From an uncultured bacterium (lineage in GTDB: Bacteria > Acidobacteriota > HRBIN11 > JAKEFK01), in NCBI GenBank assembly GCA_963777505.1, contig CAVZQN010000006.1, positions 384,001 through 448,000 on the forward strand: a DNA stretch of 64,000 nucleotides. Reading direction: 5' to 3'. Below are positions 1-8,188 of the stretch, piece after piece. The position numbers and the translations under genes are program-made. Under the pieces are notes generated by a model. The model was not told the origin of the DNA. It did no database searches and saw only the letters and a list, made by a program, of their open reading frames with translations. Every line of letters starts with the position of its first letter. Within the stretch, counting starts at the first letter, position 1.

Positions 1-352
1 CTTTAGCCACAGGCTTATAAAAACTTGGCCAACCTGTACCTGAATCAAACTTCGTGTCCGAAGCGAACAGGTCGTTTCCGCATGCGGCACATTGATATGT
101 ACCTTTATCTTTTGTCTTCCAGTAATCGCCTGTAAATGGACGTTCAGTCCCTTTATTACGCAATACTTGATACTGTTCCGGAGTTAATTCCTGCTTCCAT
201 TCTTGATCTGATTTATTTACTTTTTCTGACATAACAAATCCTTTTTGTTGTACTGAATAAAGTTTAATCTTTCCGTTATCGCTTTTCATCTCGGCAAATG
301 CAAATGCGCCGAGCAGTAATGCAAATATAGCCGCTACTTTCAGTTTTAGCAT
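1..352 (-). CDS. msrB: Peptide methionine sulfoxide reductase MsrB domain with N-terminal signal peptide (3' end outside window)
   Basis: Manual translation from ATG at 352 (GGAGG RBS): [20 protein letters not shown]...[20 protein letters not shown]...YQCAACG...[11 protein letters not shown]. Absent from the ORF track because it is truncated. Confidence 0.93.
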   Translation of the reverse strand, partial: MLKLKVAAIFALLLGAFAFAEMKSDNGKIKLYSVQQKGFVMSEKVNKSDQEWKQELTPEQYQVLRNKGTERPFTGDYWKTKDKGTYQCAACGNDLFASDTKFDSGTGWPSFYKPVAK

Positions 353-390
353 AAATCCTCCTGCTTTCCTCTATACGGCTAGAGGGTTTT

Positions 391-492
391 GTAGTAAGGC
401 ACGCAGCTGAGCGCATGCGATGCAGTGCCGTAAGGACACATTTAACGGCACTGTTCGGCCGCATGAATGCGCCGAACTGCGTGCCTTACTAC
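391..492. repeat. GTAG-type REP doublet (REPIN-like), copy 1
   Basis: Ends GTAGTAAGGCACGCAG / CTGCGTGCCTTACTAC are perfect inverted repeats; a related copy lies at 62064-62165. Confidence 0.85.
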
Positions 493-611
493 GAACTCTT
501 TTAGATTTAACAACATTACTTTAGTCGCGATTTCAATCCAAAATCTTCCCTACAATCGTAAAGATCTTCTGAACGATGAACAACCCCAATTTGAATTTAA
601 GGAGAATTAAA

Positions 612-1166
612 ATGAAGAATTTACTGGTTATGCTTTTTATCCTATCGATGTCGTTTGGAGGATTGAACTCAAGCTTTGCTGCAGAAGTAATGGTAGGCGG
701 TGAGGCGATGTTTACCACAAAAGACATTATCGATAATGCTGTGAATTCAAAGGATCATACAACGCTTGTTGCCGCCGTTAAGGCTGGTGATCTCGTGCAG
801 ACGTTAAAAGGAAAAGGACCTTTTACTGTATTTGCTCCAACAAACGATGCATTTGAGAATCTGCCGGCAGGTACTGTTGATACTTTGTTGAAACCCGAAA
901 ACAAGAGCACCCTTGTAAAAATTCTTACATATCACGTTGTGCCCGGTGCGTTTGATTACGAATCAATTAAGAAGGCAATCCAGGCTGGTAACGGTATGGC
1001 AGAACTGAAAACTGCAAGCGGTGGAAAATTAACTGCGATGATGAATGGCAGTCATAACATCGTTTTGAAAGATGAAAAAGGGAGTGTCTCAACAATTTCT
1101 ACATACGATGTGTATCAATCAAACGGCGTGATCCATGTGATCAATTCCGTAATTCTTCCGAATTAA
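612..1166 (+). CDS. Secreted fasciclin (FAS1) domain protein
   Basis: AGGAG RBS before ATG 612; signal peptide; motifs FTVFAPTNDAF, ILTYHVV and SNGVIHVI. Confidence 0.93.
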   Translation: MKNLLVMLFILSMSFGGLNSSFAAEVMVGGEAMFTTKDIIDNAVNSKDHTTLVAAVKAGDLVQTLKGKGPFTVFAPTNDAFENLPAGTVDTLLKPENKSTLVKILTYHVVPGAFDYESIKKAIQAGNGMAELKTASGGKLTAMMNGSHNIVLKDEKGSVSTISTYDVYQSNGVIHVINSVILPN

Positions 1167-1189
1167 AAACCCACAATCCTTATTTAAAC

Positions 1190-1214
1190 GGGCGGGTCTA
1201 AGACCCGCCCCTAC
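1190..1214 (-). repeat. Single GTAG-REP-like hairpin, possible terminator between convergent genes
   Basis: Minus strand reads GTAG-GGGCGGGTC-TTA-GACCCGCCC region; the TAG is also the stop codon of the sulfatase-like gene. Confidence 0.6.
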
Positions 1215-3133
1215 TGAATATAGCCGAGGGAACGCAGCTCTTCGAGGGCTTCGCGGCTGATGTCCTCTTGTTTGTAATAACGTGAGGGTTCAAATGAGCT
1301 TGACCACCGAGAAAGAATCCCTTCCATTTTCTTGAGTTCATCCGGCAAAGCCGTCGCAAGATTTTTTGTTTCGTACGGATCACTGTTGATCGCGTAGAGC
1401 TCACGTGTGCCGTCTGAACCCCAAATCATTTTCCATGATTCATTTCGAACCGCTTTTAAAATCTTTCTTTGCCACAACTTATTTGGCGGGAGATCCGGAA
1501 AATTGCGTTCCATTTTATCTGCAGCACGCGAGTTGTTGTATTCCGCAAAGGCAAAACCATGATTTTTGCGTTGGAAATTATCCGGTAAGAAATTGTAGCC
1601 TTGCAGCGGGAGCTTGTTTGGATTCGATTGTACAAAATGGAGTATGGATGGAAAAAAATCGATGGTCTGCACGACTTCTCTGACGCGCATGCCGCCAAAT
1701 TTTGCTTTTGGAAACCTGACAATCAAAGGCAGGCGTAACAATTCATCGTACAAACTGAGTTCATGGCTCATAAGCTGATGATCGCCAAAGTGTTCCCCAT
1801 GATCGGATGTAAAAATAACAAGAGTGTTATCCAACAAATTTTGTTTGCGAAGGTCTTGAAGTATTCCGCCAATCACTGTATCAACATAGTAAATGTCGTT
1901 TTCATAAAGAGCCTTCAGGATTTCAAAATCACGATCCGTCATTTTTATTTTTCCTGAAATGTACAATTCTGGATCCTGATTCACTTTTAATGCATGTTGT
2001 GAAGTGACTCCAGCCGGCAAGAATTTCTGTATCGAAGCAGTTGGAACTCCATATGGAGCATGTGGTTCCATTAAATGCAGAAAAAGAAAGAAAGGATGTT
2101 TTCCGGTCCAATCATGACGGAACCAGCTTCTAATTCCTTCTCGAGTTTCGGCGGCTCCCGAATCGGTTCGCGGATTAAATTTTCTTGAAATGAATTCAAC
2201 CAGAAGCATCAATGAAGAAGCTTCGTTTCTACCCCAGAATTCTTCATATTGTTGAAAGCCTCGAGCAAGTCCGGTTTGGCGCCGGATATAAACATTATTA
2301 ATAAAGCCTGCAGTTTGAAATCCGATCCGCGAAAGTTCGCCAGCGATAGTAGGACTTGAAGGATCCAGAAAAATATTTCTGCCATCGACGCCATTTCGTG
2401 ATGGATATTGTCCTGTAAACATAGAAGCATGAGATGGCGTAGTCCACGGACTTGTTGAAATTGCGTTTTCATACAACACACTTTCGCGCGTTAATGCTTC
2501 AAGATTCGGAGTAATCTTTCGTGGATATCCATACGATGTAATAAAGTCCCAGCGTAAAGTATCAACAACAATCAGAAGGATATTGGGCTTTGTTGTTGAA
2601 GGTGTTTCAGGTAACTGGAATCTTCTATGAAAATATTCATCAGCAAAAGTGCCGAGACAGCAAACTAGAAAAATCGCGGCTGCAAGTTGTTTTGATGAGG
2701 GCCGGCTTGTCACTTTCATTACAAGGAAACGCACGATGAAATAGAGCAGCACACAACTTGCAACAATTACGAAAGTCCAAAGGAGTCCTTGTGGCTCAAA
2801 TAAATGCGTTTTGAGCCAGAGCAGATGAGTCTTGATGAAGAAGATAATGAAAACAAGTGAACTAATCGTCAGGGCAATATGATTTGCAATAAAACGAGAT
2901 CGTTCGAATTCGCTTTTTGACGAACGATTCATGAACAGAATCCATGCGGCAAGAATGAGGGCTAAAAGAACTCCAAGCACCGCATGTGCTTGAAGTGTTC
3001 TATAGAGGTGGATCTTCGATATCTGATCGTGATAAATGTAGAGATTACTCAGGCGAGTATCCCAATAACCAGCAAGAAGTCCAGTAAAAACGTAAATTGC
3101 TGCAAGGAGTTTAAAGTTTTTCCAGAAACTCAC
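1211..3133 (-). CDS. Membrane-anchored sulfatase-like (alkaline phosphatase superfamily) hydrolase/transferase
   Basis: About 5 N-terminal TM segments, then NILLIVVDTLR, WTTPSHASMFTG, HLMEPHAPY, TSDHGE and C-terminal LRSLGY. Confidence 0.88.
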   Translation of the reverse strand: MSFWKNFKLLAAIYVFTGLLAGYWDTRLSNLYIYHDQISKIHLYRTLQAHAVLGVLLALILAAWILFMNRSSKSEFERSRFIANHIALTISSLVFIIFFIKTHLLWLKTHLFEPQGLLWTFVIVASCVLLYFIVRFLVMKVTSRPSSKQLAAAIFLVCCLGTFADEYFHRRFQLPETPSTTKPNILLIVVDTLRWDFITSYGYPRKITPNLEALTRESVLYENAISTSPWTTPSHASMFTGQYPSRNGVDGRNIFLDPSSPTIAGELSRIGFQTAGFINNVYIRRQTGLARGFQQYEEFWGRNEASSLMLLVEFISRKFNPRTDSGAAETREGIRSWFRHDWTGKHPFFLFLHLMEPHAPYGVPTASIQKFLPAGVTSQHALKVNQDPELYISGKIKMTDRDFEILKALYENDIYYVDTVIGGILQDLRKQNLLDNTLVIFTSDHGEHFGDHQLMSHELSLYDELLRLPLIVRFPKAKFGGMRVREVVQTIDFFPSILHFVQSNPNKLPLQGYNFLPDNFQRKNHGFAFAEYNNSRAADKMERNFPDLPPNKLWQRKILKAVRNESWKMIWGSDGTRELYAINSDPYETKNLATALPDELKKMEGILSRWSSSFEPSRYYKQEDISREALEELRSLGYIQ

Positions 3134-3225
3134 GCGCTCATATTATCGTGTAAAGGGTGATTGATCTACCCTGATAAAATTTTGTGTCTTTTCCGTTCTG
3201 TGGTTATAATTTGAGTTCTCAAAAA

Positions 3226-3299
<74 letters not shown>

Positions 3300-3309
3300 T
3301 TTTAAGAGT

Positions 3310-3357
3310 AACCACAGAGACGCAAAGTGCTTGATGCCTTTGCGTTTCCCCGCGGTT
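3310..3357. repeat. Imperfect palindrome between the two tRNA genes
   Basis: AACCACAGAGACGCAAAG ... CTTTGCGTTTCCCCGCGGTT. Confidence 0.5.
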
Positions 3358-3359
3358 CC

Positions 3360-3433
3360 GCGCCCGTAGCTCAGCTGGATAGAGCATCTGCCTTCTAAGC
3401 AGAGGGTCGGCCGTTCGAGTCGGTCCGGGCGCA
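3360..3433 (+). tRNA. tRNA-Arg(TCT)
   Basis: Acceptor GCGCCCG/CGGGCGC; anticodon arm TCTGC-CT TCT AA-GCAGA; GTTCGAG T loop; no CCA. Confidence 0.96.
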
Positions 3434-3440
3434 CTTTTAC

Positions 3441-4882
3441 TCATTCGCAGCTAGAATTCGTATGTGAAAATTTACGCGATGTTAGGCGAACGCGTTCAGC
3501 AGCGGCACGCATTTGGGCAATGACCTTTTCTTGCAGCATTTCTGGAAGAGTATCGATAGTATCATCAACCTGTTAAATAGCGTTCTAAGAGCGCAGGCAC
3601 ATCAACTGGGGGCACTTCTCGTTCGAACACCTGCATTGCTGCACCCTTCAGGCCTTTGCGTTTGCACAATTCGAAAGCCAGCCTGACTTCATCGATTTGA
3701 CCAATACATTCGAAAGGGGTGTGAGCTTCCAGCCCAAGCATCTGGCGGAACGAAAGCTGGTTTTCAGGTGTATCCAATAAATTTCCGTGTCCGTGAAAGA
3801 TGCGCTGAACAACTGCCGGATGGCAAATAGGCCATGTAGTTAATCCAGACATAAGCACATTTTGGACAGCGTCCGCACCAGGGTTTCTGGATATTGCATG
3901 AATGCGTATGAAGAACAGCATCAAGATCCTGGTCCAGCAAATTGAAGATTAAAACATCATAAACCGGCTTCAAAATGCTGAAGTAATCGCAGTTTACTAC
4001 AAGATTCATTCTAATGTAATCGTTCAAAAGCTTCTGTGCTTCATAAGACTTGCCCCATTGGTGATTGACTTCTTGTCCCGTACGCTCCCAAACAAGATTG
4101 CCGGTATCAGCACTGCGTTCATGTCCTAAACAAAGATGTGTGTAGCCATGCTGAAGAACCAGCGGAAGCGCAAAAAATATTGATGCAGGCGTTTCTGCGG
4201 CGATCAGCTTCTGTGCTCCGAATTCGGGAAATAAACGAACTACTGGACTATCCGTCAGGTCATCGTAATGCCACACTCGCCGGCGGGAACTTTTGGGAAT
4301 GTTGGCGGCATCGAGCAAAGCATCACACAGATTGTGCTGCAGCGGCGCAGAACCATAAATCGAACTTGAATAAACTAACGTGTGAAATGGTACTGCTGCG
4401 CGCTGAAGAAGTTTAAGTGAAACAAGGCTATCCTTTCCTCCACCGCAGAAGCTCAGGATTGGAACGTCACCCGGTTGAACTGTCACTGGATCTAAATTAG
4501 AAGACTCTATTGTTGGCACAACAAGGTCTGGCCCCGTGTAATCCGGTTTGTCGTGTTCGTAACGCCATTGTGCCCATGCGCCATGAACGATCGATTTCCA
4601 AAGCGACCAGAAGCTGTCCGAACAAAAACGCGCATAGGGTCCAGGATCAAAACGATCAGGACACAGACTCACCAGAGTATTCGCTGTAAATGCGGCGATG
4701 TGAAAAAAAATACGTTCCATGAATTCAGCGCCGTATTTTTCTTCCAGAAAATGAAAGTTAACATCGCCATACCAATATGACGCGTTGAAACGCAGGTCAT
4801 TCAGCCCGAACTCAAACGAGATCTGATGTCTCGAGCGCGTGTGCTTTCCAAGCCATAAAGTTCTGGATGGATCATTGAACAT
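3441..4882 (-). CDS. MurL-like PP-loop ATP-dependent enzyme, split by two +1 frameshifts (about 3818 and 3572)
   Basis: Motifs SFCGGGKDS, GHERSA, VNHQWGKS and WCGRCPKC in ORF 3764-4918; continues as GNLLD...TPFECIG in ORF 3565-3924, then QVDDTIDTLPEML... to TGA at 3441. Confidence 0.65.
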
Positions 4883-7800
4883 AGATAATTGGAGCATCGA
4901 CACTTCGTGCCGAATCATTGAGCGACTTTAGATCGGTGCTTAGCAATTGATTCAGTTCAGCTTCCTTCGCTTTCCAATCCTTTTTTGCAATTTCGTAGGA
5001 TTCGCGCATACCTTGTGTCGGTGCACCATCTCCATCGGCTACAGTTGAGAAAAGTGTTACCAGACGCCCATAGGATTGAACGCCTCCGCGGAAAGAAAAT
5101 ACATCGTACGCGACTTCTGCTTTCGCATTGTGCAGCTTTGATTCCAATGCGTCAGCTTTCTTATCAAATGCTTCCGAATCTTGAATAAGTTTTTCGGCTT
5201 TTGGATTTCCTTTCAAAATTTCATTGCGGTTTTGGATTTGTTTGCGGACGCTCTTCAATTTCTTAATCTGCTTCGAAATTTCAGTGACATCGTTCCGGAG
5301 CAATAACGCCAGATCTAATTGTGCTTTCAAATCTTGCTCAGAGACCTTAACTCTTGGATCGGAAATGACTTTGATTGGAGAAGTGTAAGCCTTGCCATTC
5401 ACATTTAATCGAAGTGTGTACGAACCTGGTAAAACCATCGGACCAGAAGATGCGCCACCAAACATTTGGGAGCGTGGAACCATATCAGGCGCATCATAAC
5501 TTAAGTTCCAGTACGCAACTTGAACGCCTGCTTGTTTTGGAAGTGCACTCTTCTTTGCTTGTTCTTCTTCTGACTTAGTATCATCGCCCAATCCCAAAAT
5601 TGGTTTCGGTACGCTGCTTAAAGTTGCGATTACTTTGTTCGAGCTATCAAGGACATCAACTGTAATATCATTTTTTTGTTCTTCTTTTAGCCAGTAATAA
5701 AAAACTGCGCCACTCGGTGGATTGTCACCACTCCATTTATCAGGAAATTCGTTTGTGTATCTCCATCGAATTGCATCAGGAACTGAAAACAAATGTGCAT
5801 CCGATTTCTTAAATTCATCCGAGATTTCACGGAGCACTGTTAGATGATCAAAAATCCAGATTGAACGTCCCAGCGTTCCAACCGCAAGACTGGAATCTTT
5901 GACTGCAAGATCATGTACAGCTACAGTCGGCAAATTTAGTTTCAAGGGCTTCCAGGATTTTCCACCATCGCGCGAATAAGAGACTCCCCGTTCCGTACCC
6001 AGATAAAGCAGGTCTTTCACTTTGGGATCTTCACGCACACAATGCAAATAAATATCTTGTGGCAAATTGGAATCTAACCGTTGCCATGAATCTCCAAGAT
6101 TTGTTGTTTTGTACAAATATGGTTTTGTGTTGTCCGATCTGTGTGCGTCAACAACAGCGTATGCAGTATTCGCATCGAAATGTGAAGTTTCAATAATCTT
6201 CACAGTTCCCCATTCCGGAATTCCAGACATTCCTTTCGTAACATTCTTCCAGGTCTTTCCGCCATCGGTTGTTACATGCACCAAACCATCATCAGTGCCT
6301 GCCCAGATCAAATCTTTTTGTAAGGGGGATTCTGAAATTGTAAAGATGGTGGAATATGTTTCCGCGCCTGTGTTATCACCAGTAATAGGACCACCTGACC
6401 ATCCGAGTTTTGAAGGATCGTTACGGGTTAGATCGCTGCTAATTTGTGTCCAGGTTTGGCCGCCATCGTTTGTTCGGAACAAAATATTTCCGCCATGATA
6501 AACGACTTTTGAATCGTGTGGTGAGACTGTAATCGGCGCAGTCCATTGAAAACGGAAACGCATATCTTTCGGATCATGACCGATCGGCATATCAGGATTA
6601 ATTCCAATATGACGCGCTTGCCGCGTGCGATGATCATAACGGGTAATGATGCCGCCATATTCGCCGGCATAAACAATATTTGGATCTGACCAATCCGATG
6701 CAGCCCATCCAGCTTCACCGCCTCCAACTCCATACCAATCGCTGGTTCGAATTCCGGAAGAGGATGGTGTCCGGCTTGGACCTTGTCCAGTTCCTATATC
6801 TTGAATGCCGCCAGCAACATGAAATGGAACACGGTTGTCTGCGCCAACATGATAAAACTGTGCAATCGGCAATGCTGGCCAGGACCAGGTTTGTCCGCCA
6901 TCAGTTGAAATATCAACGCCGCCATCATTTGCAGCAATCATACGTTTTGGATCTTTTGGATCAATCCAGAAATCATGATGATCGCTATGATGAAATCCAT
7001 CGATGGCACTAAATGTTGCGCCGCCATCGATGCTTTTTAGCATTGGAACTTGCGGAACCCAAATTTCATTAGGGTTGGTTGGATGAACAGTAAGAGTGGA
7101 GTAATACCATGCGCGTTGTCTTAAAAGACGATTGGCACTAACGCGCGACCAATTATCTCCGCCATCATCGGATCGGAACAAGCCTCCTTGCTCTGCTTCA
7201 ATCAATGCATACACACGACGCCCATCAGAAGGTGCAACAGCAATTCCAACTTTCCCCCAAATTCCATCAGGCAAGCCACTGGCGGTAAGTTGTTTCCATG
7301 TATCGCCTCCATCACGCGAAACATACATTCCACTTCCTGGACCGCCGCTTGTTAATCCCCAGGGATATCGCCGTGTCTGCCAAAAACCTGCAAAAATAAT
7401 ATTTGGGTTTGATGGATCAAATGCGACATCGGATGCTCCAGTATCCTGATCTTTCTTTAGCACCTGTTGCCAGGTTTTTCCGCCATCCTTCGTTCGATAA
7501 ACTCCGCGTTCAGGATTGGGCCCAAATGCGTGTCCTAAAACTGCAGCGAAAGCCACATCGGCATTTAATGGATGAACGATCATCGTGCCGATTTGACCTT
7601 CTTGTTTCCAAACATGATTCCAGGTTTTTCCGCCATCTACCGATTTATATATTCCATTTCCTGCTGCTACATTGCCGCGGATGTTTGCTTCGCCGGCTCC
7701 AACATAAATGACGTTTGTATCGGATGGAGCAATCGCAAGTGAACCGATCGATGAAATTGGTTGATCATCAAAAATGGGTTTCCAACTATTTCCACCATCA

Positions 7801-8048
7801 ACAGTTTTCCAGACTCCGCTTGCTGCGGCACCGAAGTAGTACACATTTGGATCGCCAGGAACTCCTGCTGCCCGTGAAACACGACCACCCCATGCTGGCC
7901 CAATCGACCTGTATTTAAGAGCCTTCAGCTCAGTATCGTCTTTTGGTGCTTTAGTCTCGGCACTAAAGCTCACTGCGCTTCCAAACAGAAAAATCACGAG
8001 CCAGATTGAAAAGGTGATCCTGAAATTTTTTCGGTCGACTAGGCGCAT
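4872..8048 (-). CDS. Secreted BNR/Asp-box beta-propeller protein (sortilin/VPS10-like, glycosyl hydrolase-like)
   Basis: Signal peptide, RSIGPA-GGR start, many S/T-x-D-G-G-x-T/S-W repeats, C-terminal coiled coil; GGAGG RBS before ATG 8048. Confidence 0.88.
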   Translation of the reverse strand: MRLVDRKNFRITFSIWLVIFLFGSAVSFSAETKAPKDDTELKALKYRSIGPAWGGRVSRAAGVPGDPNVYYFGAAASGVWKTVDGGNSWKPIFDDQPISSIGSLAIAPSDTNVIYVGAGEANIRGNVAAGNGIYKSVDGGKTWNHVWKQEGQIGTMIVHPLNADVAFAAVLGHAFGPNPERGVYRTKDGGKTWQQVLKKDQDTGASDVAFDPSNPNIIFAGFWQTRRYPWGLTSGGPGSGMYVSRDGGDTWKQLTASGLPDGIWGKVGIAVAPSDGRRVYALIEAEQGGLFRSDDGGDNWSRVSANRLLRQRAWYYSTLTVHPTNPNEIWVPQVPMLKSIDGGATFSAIDGFHHSDHHDFWIDPKDPKRMIAANDGGVDISTDGGQTWSWPALPIAQFYHVGADNRVPFHVAGGIQDIGTGQGPSRTPSSSGIRTSDWYGVGGGEAGWAASDWSDPNIVYAGEYGGIITRYDHRTRQARHIGINPDMPIGHDPKDMRFRFQWTAPITVSPHDSKVVYHGGNILFRTNDGGQTWTQISSDLTRNDPSKLGWSGGPITGDNTGAETYSTIFTISESPLQKDLIWAGTDDGLVHVTTDGGKTWKNVTKGMSGIPEWGTVKIIETSHFDANTAYAVVDAHRSDNTKPYLYKTTNLGDSWQRLDSNLPQDIYLHCVREDPKVKDLLYLGTERGVSYSRDGGKSWKPLKLNLPTVAVHDLAVKDSSLAVGTLGRSIWIFDHLTVLREISDEFKKSDAHLFSVPDAIRWRYTNEFPDKWSGDNPPSGAVFYYWLKEEQKNDITVDVLDSSNKVIATLSSVPKPILGLGDDTKSEEEQAKKSALPKQAGVQVAYWNLSYDAPDMVPRSQMFGGASSGPMVLPGSYTLRLNVNGKAYTSPIKVISDPRVKVSEQDLKAQLDLALLLRNDVTEISKQIKKLKSVRKQIQNRNEILKGNPKAEKLIQDSEAFDKKADALESKLHNAKAEVAYDVFSFRGGVQSYGRLVTLFSTVADGDGAPTQGMRESYEIAKKDWKAKEAELNQLLSTDLKSLNDSARSVDAPIIYVQ

Positions 8049-8188
8049 TCTGCCCTCCGTTCTTAGTTGGATTCTTCCATGATACACACCTCGAGCCATG
8101 GGTGGTAGGGGCAGTGCCAAGTCTTCGTGCATGTTACAATTCGAACATGCAAGATTCATCTGCAAATGGTGAGGATGTAGTCAGCTAA

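Noticed and set aside
289-335. CTCGGC...GCCGAG hairpin with GCAAA motifs resembling a c-di-GMP riboswitch
   Set aside because: It lies within the MsrB signal-peptide coding sequence and lacks the second conserved stem.
276-464. 62-aa minus-strand ORF
   Set aside because: Spans the REPIN and the msrB start out of frame.
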